A program made the translations under genes and the position numbers. Under the pieces are notes generated by a model. The model was not told where the DNA came from and ran no database searches. It saw nothing but the letters and a program-made list of their open reading frames with translations. From the IMG/VR virus record IMGVR_UViG_3300047160_007353, positions 11,335-75,334 of that record: a stretch of DNA of 64,000 bases; one strand, written 5' to 3'. This document shows positions 44,937 through 53,670 of the stretch, piece by piece (within the stretch, counting starts at the first letter, position 1; every line of letters starts with the position of its first letter). Origin of the DNA: a virus. Lineage: Duplodnaviria; Caudoviricetes.

Positions 44937-47285
44937 TTAACCTCCGGTAAGGAAGGCGGTCTGCCAGTCGCGCCACGCCTGGCCGCGAGGGCTGACCCGC
45001 GAGAGCCATGCGTTGTTGGTGGCGTCGTAGGGGATGTTTCTGACCTTGCCGTCCCTGGCGTCACCGAAGCCGGGCGACTGCCCTGACCAGGAGTAGATGC
45101 CCCAGGTCGCGCCGTTGGCGTTGACTTCCAGGGTGTGAGCGTAAAGGGTCAGAAGATCCAACCCGAGGTTTTGCATCGTACTGTAGTAGCATAGCTCAGT
45201 GTCGTAGGCGTCCGGGTGGTCCTTGGCATCCCAGGTTCGCGGGATCTGGTTCGTGGAGCCGATCGGGCAGAACCGCTCCAGGGCACCCTCGTAGCTCCAT
45301 CGCTTGACCCTTCCTCCAAGCCAGGTCTCGTAGGTAGTGATGGCCAGCATCGCCGCTTGAAGTTGAGTGCCGGCAGTGAGGTTGTCGGCAGAGTAGGTCA
45401 GCCACGCCCGGTAGAGACTGTTGAGCTGGCGGGGCGTGAAGGCGTTGGTGGTGGCCGCCCATGCCGACGGAAGATCCAGGTAGGGAGCAAACCCGATGAT
45501 GTCTGCCCGAACGTTGTGGGCGATGGCGGCGCCCGTGACCTGACCCAGAAGGCCCATGTTCCAGTACAGTGCTAACTGTACATCCGCTGCCCTGGCTCCG
45601 AAGACGGTCTTGAAGATGTTGACCACTTGCTGGGTCCGGAGAACCTCGTAGGTCGCACTGAAACCGCCAGGAGAGTAGAGTTGACTGCCGAGGGCATTGG
45701 CAACGAATGTCTGAGTGAAGGCTGAGTTCCAGTTCTCGTTGGCAAGTTCCGGAATCACTAGCTGGCCCGCAACCGAGTTGTTGAGGACCTGAGTCGCGAT
45801 CGCCGTAACGCAGGCGTCATTGGCAGCAATGGGGATGGGGATGTGGATCGCACATCCCTTGTACTTCGAGGCGGCCGCCGACACGAAGTAGTAAGGCGTG
45901 AAACCGCCAAAGGGGCTGTTCTGGTGAGCCGTGGCGCTCGCTCCCAGGACAGTCGTAGCCGTGACCTGGGATGCTGTGTTGTTCGGAAGTCCGGTCACAG
46001 GCCCGAAGTAGACGAACTGGGTGGAGTTCACCGGGAAGCAGAAGACTGCCGCCCCCGAAATCGTGAACGGATTGCCGGCGATCGTGAAGGCGGTTGGCGC
46101 GCCAAACGAGAGCGAGAGCATCTGGCCGGTCTGGAATCCGTGGGCCGCCGCACAGGTACAGAGACCGACCCAGTTTGCTCCATAGTTGAAGCGGCTGAGG
46201 TTGGCAGCCGTCATCGGGACCAGCGTGCCGTCAGGAGCGGTGTAGGACAGCGATCCATCCGAGGGGCACGGGTCGATCTGGGTGATGCTGACCGTCGCGT
46301 TGGGTTTGGGACTGACGGCCCACGGCATGGGGCCTGTCCCTGGAAGATCGGTCGCAAGAACCGTGTTGCTCTGCCCGGCCGAGGCGCAGGTGTCGATGAA
46401 TCGCAGGCTCGAAGGACCCTTGCTGCCGATTCGGATCTGACTGTCGATGCTCTGCTCGAAGCAGCCGTTTCCGCTGTCCCCGTAGTTGTCTACATTGTTG
46501 GCCATGTAGATCCGGGGATTGGTGTAAGACGGTGAGTTGGTCGGGTGGACGTTGCACCGAAGAGCCAGGATCGGGTTACGGGTCGTGTTGGAAGCGCTGG
46601 GAACAATCGAGTAGATCCTCGCGGTTCCCGTGGTTCCGTTTCCGGTCGCGCCGCCGATCTGGGTGACCGTGAAGTTGGCGTCCGCAGCCACGATATCCAG
46701 GGTCGTGCGAGGGTCGGCGGAGTCCCAGATCAGAGTAACTGTCCCCGAGAGAGTCGGAAGGTCCTGAGGACTGGAACCGAGCGTATCGAGGGGAGTGTAG
46801 GATGCAGCCTGAAAGATGTTCTGACTACCGAAGCCGGGCGTCAGACTGGTTACGTTGCCGGCAGAGTCCAGTGTGCGGGCGGCACTATCCCAACCCGAGA
46901 GTCTCTGTGCGAAGTTCTTGGGCATCCCCTGTAGGGAGCCCCGCGTCAGTCCGCCGTGGGCGAAGTTCATGCCCAGGGCCATGGTCTTGGTGGCGGGCAA
47001 GGGGAAGTCGGTCTGGCATGCGTAGTTGGTGACCGGCAGGCTCAAGGCCGCCGCACCCGAGTACCACTGGGCAGGAGCCGTGACGCTGAGGGCGTTGTAG
47101 GCGTTCACGCCCACGCCGGGAGGCAGGGTGAAGCTCCAGAAGTTGGTATCGACCGGGCCGGGGGTCAGAGCGATCGGGTTTCCGTCCGCCATGAGGGTCG
47201 GAGGAATGAGAACCGGGGAGGTGGCTCCCGGGTTGCGGATGATCAGAAGTGTGCCGCACTTGGCCATGTACGCAGAGAACGCCAT
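44937..47285 (-). CDS. large T/A/G/S-rich protein with C-terminal putative glycoside hydrolase/carbohydrate-binding domain
   Basis: ELANENWNSAF and YEGA motifs resemble the E-x-x-N-E-x-W-N TIM-barrel GH-like family. Confidence 0.45.
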   Translation of the reverse strand: MAFSAYMAKCGTLLIIRNPGATSPVLIPPTLMADGNPIALTPGPVDTNFWSFTLPPGVGVNAYNALSVTAPAQWYSGAAALSLPVTNYACQTDFPLPATKTMALGMNFAHGGLTRGSLQGMPKNFAQRLSGWDSAARTLDSAGNVTSLTPGFGSQNIFQAASYTPLDTLGSSPQDLPTLSGTVTLIWDSADPRTTLDIVAADANFTVTQIGGATGNGTTGTARIYSIVPSASNTTRNPILALRCNVHPTNSPSYTNPRIYMANNVDNYGDSGNGCFEQSIDSQIRIGSKGPSSLRFIDTCASAGQSNTVLATDLPGTGPMPWAVSPKPNATVSITQIDPCPSDGSLSYTAPDGTLVPMTAANLSRFNYGANWVGLCTCAAAHGFQTGQMLSLSFGAPTAFTIAGNPFTISGAAVFCFPVNSTQFVYFGPVTGLPNNTASQVTATTVLGASATAHQNSPFGGFTPYYFVSAAASKYKGCAIHIPIPIAANDACVTAIATQVLNNSVAGQLVIPELANENWNSAFTQTFVANALGSQLYSPGGFSATYEVLRTQQVVNIFKTVFGARAADVQLALYWNMGLLGQVTGAAIAHNVRADIIGFAPYLDLPSAWAATTNAFTPRQLNSLYRAWLTYSADNLTAGTQLQAAMLAITTYETWLGGRVKRWSYEGALERFCPIGSTNQIPRTWDAKDHPDAYDTELCYYSTMQNLGLDLLTLYAHTLEVNANGATWGIYSWSGQSPGFGDARDGKVRNIPYDATNNAWLSRVSPRGQAWRDWQTAFLTGG

Positions 47286-48934
47286 CAGAAGAATTCCCCT
47301 TGTTTCAAGATGATCTGAGACACGATCGAGGCGGCTTCCTTCTGGGTTGCCGTTCGGGCCTGCTCCTCCGAGACGCCGGATTCGAGCATGCGCTTAACGT
47401 ACTGGTGAGAAGCCAGTCCCTTTTTCTCCCGGCTCTTGAGTTTCGAGATGAGGCGGGACGCGCCCCAGAGGTTCATTGACTGCGCGTTCTCGACGCCCAT
47501 GGATGACAGAAGATCGACCTGAGCCCTGGTAGCCTCACCGCCGTAGCGCGAGTTGAAATCCTTCCCACGGCGCATTCTGAGGTTTAGAACCTTGCCGATC
47601 CCGAACGGGGTCGAGTCACAAGAACTATAGATCGTTGTGAGCTTGCCAGTGTAATGAACCTGAACGATCCCTCTCCGGAGATCGTTCTCGATCCCTTTCA
47701 GTTCCGCAAGGACGTCGATATCCCTGTCCTTGTATTCCTTGCTCCTGAGTCTCTTTTCGAGGATCTCCATCGCCTCATTCTTTTCCTCGGAGCAGAACAG
47801 GTCATGAGCCATGCAGAGCCGGCGGCTACGGTCGTCAGTCTTCCAGTCCAGGTCCAGGACCAGGCAGTTTGTCTTGCCGATCGAGGGGCAAAGCCTGAGC
47901 CCCCTGCCGACCCGCTGAGCGAATACGGATCTCTTTTTCGTGGCGCGGGCGTTCACCACGCAGGAGATGCTCGGCATGTCCCAGCCTTCGACCAGCAGAT
48001 CGCTGCAAGTCACGACCTGGGTCTCCCGCTCCTTGACCCGGTTGAGGCGTTCTTTCCTGACCTCTCTGGTTATTCCGTATTCCCCTCCTTCTCCAGCTAC
48101 GTACTCGGCCTTGCGGCCCATCTGGCGGAGCATATCCGCGACCAGAGAGGATGACCCGCGGTCCGGACAGAAGACCACTGTCTGGCGGTCCCCGATGTTT
48201 ACATGGATCTGGTAACAAAGGCGCTCGATCTCTGGGCTGAGCCGGTCGGCCAGATCCCCGGCGTTGAAATCGCCGCCGGTCGTCCTGATCCCTCGGAGGT
48301 CCACGGGAACCTTGATCCTTCGGAGGGTATAGGGCACCAGATAGCCATTCTCGACAGCGTCGCGCAGGCGAAGCTGGTATCCGATCTTGTCGAATATTTC
48401 TCCCAGGTTTCGCTTGGCGGAATCTGGCGTCGCCGTAATACCAAGGACTTTGGCTCCCTCGAAGTAGGAAAGCACGTCCTGGTAAGACTTTGCGCCGGCG
48501 TGGTGTGCTTCGTCTACAACGATGAGACCAAAATGATCCTTCGGGAATCTGCCAGCCATCCGGTCAGCGTAAAGGGACTGAATGGTGGCCACCACGACCT
48601 GAGCCTGGAACCCCTTCTCCTTGGACCAGTCATCATGAGAAAGGGAACCCGACTCTATGGCGGTGTCGAAGTCGAAGGCCTTCACGTAGGTATTTGCTGC
48701 TTGCTCGATCAGCTCCGTCCGGTGAGCAATGAACAGGACGGGGCTGCCGATGCTTTGAAGGAACCAGTCAGCGATCAGGCCCGACGTGATCGTTTTTCCG
48801 GTTCCGGTCGGCATGGCAACAAGAACGGCGTTGTGGCCGCTTCTCCATGCTTCCACAACGCCGCAGAGAGCCTCGATCTGGTATTCCTCCCGCCTGATGG
48901 TCGGCGGGAGGACCAGAGTTCTGGGATCGAGCAT
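47285..48934 (-). CDS. DEAD/DEAH-box SF2 helicase
   Basis: MPTGTGKT, VVDEAHH, GITATP, LVEGWD, QRVGRGLR. Confidence 0.9.
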   Translation of the reverse strand: MLDPRTLVLPPTIRREEYQIEALCGVVEAWRSGHNAVLVAMPTGTGKTITSGLIADWFLQSIGSPVLFIAHRTELIEQAANTYVKAFDFDTAIESGSLSHDDWSKEKGFQAQVVVATIQSLYADRMAGRFPKDHFGLIVVDEAHHAGAKSYQDVLSYFEGAKVLGITATPDSAKRNLGEIFDKIGYQLRLRDAVENGYLVPYTLRRIKVPVDLRGIRTTGGDFNAGDLADRLSPEIERLCYQIHVNIGDRQTVVFCPDRGSSSLVADMLRQMGRKAEYVAGEGGEYGITREVRKERLNRVKERETQVVTCSDLLVEGWDMPSISCVVNARATKKRSVFAQRVGRGLRLCPSIGKTNCLVLDLDWKTDDRSRRLCMAHDLFCSEEKNEAMEILEKRLRSKEYKDRDIDVLAELKGIENDLRRGIVQVHYTGKLTTIYSSCDSTPFGIGKVLNLRMRRGKDFNSRYGGEATRAQVDLLSSMGVENAQSMNLWGASRLISKLKSREKKGLASHQYVKRMLESGVSEEQARTATQKEAASIVSQIILKQGEFF

Positions 48935-50247
48935 CAGGTCCAGTCCTCAAGTTTCGGATGGTAGGCGCCGCCGTAGCAGCCTTTGCACGCGTCTTCGGTT
49001 TCCTTGTCCTTGCCCGTGCCCATGCAGGTCCCACAGACCAACCAGTCGCGGGGATGCGCCATGCGGGAAATCTTGGCCACCGAGTGAAAGAAGAAGCCGT
49101 TGCCGTCAGGATGGCGCGTCTCCAGGCAGTATTTCTTCCAGGGCTTGCGGATTCGCGCCACGGACTCGTAGATCCGCCGGTACAGGATGGCGTCGCGACG
49201 GAAAGGACCTTTGCGCTGGAGCAAGGCCAGGAGGCGGTGGCAGTGGCGGGCAAGCCATTCGTCGTCGGTGAGGTCGGCCTCCTTCGTCCTCTTCTTCTCC
49301 TCGTCCTCGGTGCTGGCCTCCTCTTCGGCATCCGAGCCAGCCGCCTTCTTCTTTCCGCCGGAACGGGCCTTTGGGGCTGCGGCCTTCTTCTCCGCCGCCT
49401 TGGCGCCGGCCGTCTTCTGGGCCACCCGCACCGCCTCGTCGTGGCTCATGCCGGCCGCGATCATCTTGATGGCATTGTCCACCTCCTCCTGGTCCTTCAG
49501 GGAGGCCAGCTTGGCGGCGACCTCGTCGTTGCAATTGCTCGCGTGGAGGGCCTTGAGCTGGTCCTCGGTCAGATTGTTGACGATCGTGCACAGGCGCTCC
49601 GCCGAGGACTTCGCGATCCCCAGGGCGTTCATCAACACCTGGTAGAAAGGCGTGTTCTCCTCCGCGATCTCCTTGCGACGTCCGTCGATCCGCTCGGCCC
49701 GCTCCTCAGTGGTCGGCTCGGACTTCTCCGCCTCGATCTCGGCATCAACCTGCTTTGCCGCCTCCTTCTTCTGCCGGAAGTTGGCTCCGGTCCCGTGGGC
49801 CAACGGATAGCGGGCCTGGTGGATCGAGGACCAGTCCTTGATGGACAACTTCGTCTGAAGCTCGTCGAGGCCCATGCGGAAGAGGTTCTCCGCGTACTCC
49901 ATGGCCTTCGCGAGTTGTTCGTCCAGGTCGGTGGCGACCCGGCACGGGATGTCAGTCCAGTTCAGGATCTTGGCGCAGGTGTAGACGCGCTTGCGTCCGC
50001 AGATCACCTTGTAGGTCCCGGGCTTTCCAGCCACCGGCATCACCACCGGGAGCTGGATCAGTCCGTCCTTGGTGATCGAGTCGGCCAGGGAGTGACAGAA
50101 GTCCTTGGTAAACGGCGTCCTCGTCGTATCCGGTTTCTCGATCGTGAGACATTCGACCGGTATCGTTTGTTCGGTCATGTGTTCGTATTGCTCCGTCTGT
50201 GCGGTGGTGTTGGTCAGGAGGGTGTGGGTTGTCATCGGCGACGACAT
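48934..50247 (-). CDS. ParB-family protein (ParB N-terminal domain plus HTH-like region)
   Basis: LADSITKDGLIQLPVV...YKVICGRKR (GxxR)...AENLFR; start uncertain. Confidence 0.75.
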   Translation of the reverse strand: MSSPMTTHTLLTNTTAQTEQYEHMTEQTIPVECLTIEKPDTTRTPFTKDFCHSLADSITKDGLIQLPVVMPVAGKPGTYKVICGRKRVYTCAKILNWTDIPCRVATDLDEQLAKAMEYAENLFRMGLDELQTKLSIKDWSSIHQARYPLAHGTGANFRQKKEAAKQVDAEIEAEKSEPTTEERAERIDGRRKEIAEENTPFYQVLMNALGIAKSSAERLCTIVNNLTEDQLKALHASNCNDEVAAKLASLKDQEEVDNAIKMIAAGMSHDEAVRVAQKTAGAKAAEKKAAAPKARSGGKKKAAGSDAEEEASTEDEEKKRTKEADLTDDEWLARHCHRLLALLQRKGPFRRDAILYRRIYESVARIRKPWKKYCLETRHPDGNGFFFHSVAKISRMAHPRDWLVCGTCMGTGKDKETEDACKGCYGGAYHPKLEDWT

Positions 50248-50281
50248 AGAAGCATAGGTCCCTTCGGAAGCGGGAATCTCG

Positions 50282-50304
50282 TGAAACCTCAAAACGAGGC
50301 TTCA
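50282..50304. repeat. 23-bp dispersed palindrome, copy 6
   Basis: TGAAACCTC AAAAC GAGGCTTCA, just upstream of the ParB gene. Confidence 0.9.
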
Positions 50305-50884
50305 GCGAAAATCGGCCTGTAGTCGTGTGAAAGAGAGATCATGTGAGGGATGAGAAACAGAAGAAAAGCCCTGGAAAAATCCCGTATAAGTGTTCTCTTA
50401 TGGACGTAACTCCTTTCAGGATAGGGGGTTGGAATCTTCATCTGAGTTTGTCTATCTTTCTGTTTGGAGGAATGGTTATAATGACATTTAACAACAGCTC
50501 CCTTCCTTAAACCGTAGCGGGCAGGATGACCGCGGAGGGGGAGGGGGCTGTAGGCCCCCCATCCGTCTCGTAGCCAGCGCGAGCGCAGAAGGCAGCCTGA
50601 GGTGGGCGAGTACGCCTGGACACCGTCGGAGGTGAGGAAGGACAACGTCCTGACGAGCCGACAAAGCTAAGCGTTCGGAGCGGAGCGTAGAACGCGTGCG
50701 CAGACATGGATGTCCTTTGCTCGTGAGATTCAGACTTCGTCGTACAGACGAAGCTGAAGCGAACACTATTGAGCGCGCTTGTCTTTTTGTTCTAGGAAGA
50801 AGAGAAGAAACGACAAGGGGGAGTTAAGGGAAATTGCGCTTGCTTGTTAACGCAGTTTCCGGATAAGCAAACGTTTGTTCCTTC

Positions 50885-50945
50885 ACCGTTCCTTCACCGT
50901 TCTGAGAACGTTCTGGGAACGGTACTGGAACGGTGCGCACCGTTC
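50885..50945. repeat. helically phased heptamer array (iteron-like)
   Basis: ACCGTTC/GAACGGT at 50885, 50896, 50917, 50928 and 50939; GAACGTTC at 50906. Confidence 0.75.
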
Positions 50946-50973
50946 AGCACCATTTTATGCGATTCAAGCGTCG

Positions 50974-51927
50974 TCAGTCAGAACGAAGAGAATCCAGGCA
51001 ATCCTGCCATGAGGGGAAGGCGCCCAGCTCGACGGCCAGGTCAAGGAAGCTGAGGACCGTGCCGCGGCCATGGTCCATGTAGACGCCCGTCGTCGGGCAA
51101 AAGGTCGCACTCGGGTGCCGGTCGTCCCTGTCGATCGCATGGCATACCATCCACTGTTGCGCGGGGTTCGACTTCATCGAGAAACGCAGCCCCCACTGTC
51201 GGGCAAGCCTGACCTTCTCCGTAGGGGACACCCCGATAATGACGGAATCGCGATCGCTTGTCAACAGGCCAGAAAAAAAAGTTGTAAACTTTTCGTTACA
51301 TGGTGGACGGAACTTCACCACCGGCTTAAACGTGGGAAGCTGGGTAATCCAGTTAGGCAGGTAGTCTGGAAGTGCCACCACCTCGGGCCTATACCTTCCC
51401 GACCATCGATAATGTAAGCCGGTTTCTACATGAGTGGATGGCGGAGCGATTGCAAGGGCACCATCACCAAGGATGCGTATTTCTTTATGCTTAACCAGGC
51501 GTTCGGAATTGGGTGATTCCTGGACTGCCCATAGAAGGCGTGAGGGGAATTCCCCTACATCCTCGGGTATGCGGAAATAGAGATGGCGGCCACCTCCGCC
51601 GGTCTCGCAGATCCAGTGCAGGTCTGGACTCCACGAGTATTGCCGGCAGAGATGCCGCCATTTGATCTGCGCGTCCTCGCCGTCCAGGTCAACCACCACG
51701 ATCTTTGTGGATGCCTGGACGCGGGCGCCGGTCACAAGTTGTAGGTTTCGGGCTCGTCCCCAGTTCCGCTCGCAGTACCAAGAGGGGTGAATCCCTGAAT
51801 CGCGAAGAACCCCGTATCCTCCAGCAATTGCGGGGCACTTTCGTTCCAGACAGGACGGGAGAGGGAGGAGGCCGCACGTTCGGAAGCGTCGAGCAGCTTC
51901 CAGTGCAGCCCGAGTTTCGAGTCGCAA
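50974..51927 (-). CDS. bifunctional DNA primase/polymerase (Prim-Pol) domain protein
   Basis: LVTG...VVVDLDG, ETGGGGRHLYF, GALAIAPPS.H...Y.W. Confidence 0.8.
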   Translation of the reverse strand: MRLETRAALEAARRFRTCGLLPLPSCLERKCPAIAGGYGVLRDSGIHPSWYCERNWGRARNLQLVTGARVQASTKIVVVDLDGEDAQIKWRHLCRQYSWSPDLHWICETGGGGRHLYFRIPEDVGEFPSRLLWAVQESPNSERLVKHKEIRILGDGALAIAPPSTHVETGLHYRWSGRYRPEVVALPDYLPNWITQLPTFKPVVKFRPPCNEKFTTFFSGLLTSDRDSVIIGVSPTEKVRLARQWGLRFSMKSNPAQQWMVCHAIDRDDRHPSATFCPTTGVYMDHGRGTVLSFLDLAVELGAFPSWQDCLDSLRSD

Positions 51928-52054
51928 GGAATCAGTCCCTCTGCCACCTCAGCGAATTCGAGTCGAGCACCAAACATATCTACCACATCTCGAACAAGGG
52001 AATCCCGCTCCAGCGGGTCCAGGATTTGCGGCGGTATCTGGCTCCGCCGCAAAC

Positions 52055-53155
52055 TCAGAAAGGGATGTCGTCCACCGGGGTCTCGGGGACCGCCGTCGTC
52101 TCCTTGGCCGCATCGGCGATCATTTTTTCGACCTTGGCCTTGCAATTCTTGATCCACTTGACGTCGGTGCAGGCCCGAAGGCTTTCCATGACCTGGCCGC
52201 GCTTTCCCTTGCCGTCCGCGACAGAAGAGGCGATTTCACCCAGGGCCGCGATGACCTCTCCGTCCTCTGGACGTCTTCCGTTCTTGCGTTGCAGCAGAGC
52301 CGAGGTGGCCGCTGCGAGGGCCGACTTCGTGGCCATGAGGTCGATGCCCGCCGCATCCTCCTCCTCCGACACCTTAGGCGGCTCTTCCTTCTGGATCGCC
52401 GGCCCGAACTCACCTCCGTAACTGGCGAGGGTCTTGATGAAATCGACGGTCCTGGTCAGGCACTCCTGAAGGAACTCGGCTGACCACTGATCGACCTGCC
52501 AGGGCTGGCCGTTCCTCTTGGCGAAGTCGGCCATCTTCTGGACGATGGGGAACTTGAACATCTCCTCCATCTTCTTGCCCCAGGCATACGCCGCCTTGGA
52601 GCCGTGCTTGCCCCACGGCGGCTGAATGCCGAAGGCTTCCCTTCCTTCTCGTCTGTCAACCTCGGGAGTTCTGGCTTCGGTCGTCTTGACCGGTGGGCCG
52701 CCCTGGCTGCCGAAGACAGGAATCCCGGAAGCGGGACATCCGAACTCCTCCGAGATGAAGCTCGGCATCCCCTCCTGGTAGAGGTCACGTCCGATCCCAA
52801 AGCAAGCCGCGCACGCCTTGAACGCGTTCGAGCACGCCGTCTTGTAACTGGCATCGGCCGTGCCCATGTCGTCGTTCGGCCCTCCGCACCAGCTCCGCTC
52901 TACCCGGATCGGGTAACCGTTCTCGACGTCGGGAGCCATGACGGAAATGGAACAAATGACGCCCCGATCGGAAGGGACGAACTTCAGGTCCCAGCTATGC
53001 GGACCGGCCACCTCATCAAGGCGATTCATGATCGCCCTTGGTCTGAGGTAGGTGAAGTTCTTGCCCCGCGGCCCCGGGCGCTCCTCGTAGCTGTCACGAG
53101 GAAACGGCGCCATGAGGCGGGACCAGAACTCTTTCTGCGCTTCATTCATTGACAT
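52055..53155 (-). CDS. Rad52/Rad22-like single-strand annealing protein
   Basis: YLRPRAIMNRLDEV.G..SW, KTACSNAFKACAACFGIGRDLY. Confidence 0.8.
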   Translation of the reverse strand: MSMNEAQKEFWSRLMAPFPRDSYEERPGPRGKNFTYLRPRAIMNRLDEVAGPHSWDLKFVPSDRGVICSISVMAPDVENGYPIRVERSWCGGPNDDMGTADASYKTACSNAFKACAACFGIGRDLYQEGMPSFISEEFGCPASGIPVFGSQGGPPVKTTEARTPEVDRREGREAFGIQPPWGKHGSKAAYAWGKKMEEMFKFPIVQKMADFAKRNGQPWQVDQWSAEFLQECLTRTVDFIKTLASYGGEFGPAIQKEEPPKVSEEEDAAGIDLMATKSALAAATSALLQRKNGRRPEDGEVIAALGEIASSVADGKGKRGQVMESLRACTDVKWIKNCKAKVEKMIADAAKETTAVPETPVDDIPF

Positions 53156-53192
53156 GGATGCAATTTTCCCTCTCGTTTTCGACCAAAACCTG

Positions 53193-53215
53193 TGAAACCT
53201 CAAATCGAGGCTTCA
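53193..53215. repeat. 23-bp dispersed palindrome, copy 7
   Basis: TGAAACCTC AAATC GAGGCTTCA at a divergent junction. Confidence 0.9.
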
Positions 53216-53274
53216 GGGATTTTGGAGTTATCTAGCCTGACGCAAAGGTAACGGTAGCTTACGTTGGTGAGACC

Positions 53275-53670
53275 ATGTCGAATCCCAATTCAAAAATCGA
53301 GCACGAAGGCATCAAGAGCCTTCTGAGCCAGCGGCGGCTCGGCAACGACGCCAACCAGCTCCTCAATGACATCATGGATCGCTGGGGCGGCCCCAAGTCA
53401 TTTGCGGAGTCGCTTTATCGCGAGTTCCTGGCCGCCAACGAGGGTTCCCTCATCCGCCAGAACATCCTGGAAATGATTCAAAAGTTAGTGGTGAACAACA
53501 CAAATCATAATATCACCAGGATCGTGGACCCGTCCGACCTGGACGACGAAGAGATCGAGGGTGAGTTGAATGTCTTCATCTCGCGGGCCTCTGGGTTCCA
53601 AAGAGAGCGGATGGAGCCGAGGCCCAAGCAAGCCAGGTCCGTCCCGACCGAGGAAAAAGAAGGGTACTAA
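53275..53670 (+). CDS. putative terminase small subunit
   Basis: Helical 131-aa ORF immediately upstream of TerL. Confidence 0.45.
   Translation: MSNPNSKIEHEGIKSLLSQRRLGNDANQLLNDIMDRWGGPKSFAESLYREFLAANEGSLIRQNILEMIQKLVVNNTNHNITRIVDPSDLDDEEIEGELNVFISRASGFQRERMEPRPKQARSVPTEEKEGY

Noticed and set aside
48958-50322. Long antisense ORFs (e.g. 48958..50322, 16293..17576, 31984..32988, 62089..63237)
   Set aside because: They are shadow frames of high-GC3 genes on the opposite strand and carry no recognisable motifs.
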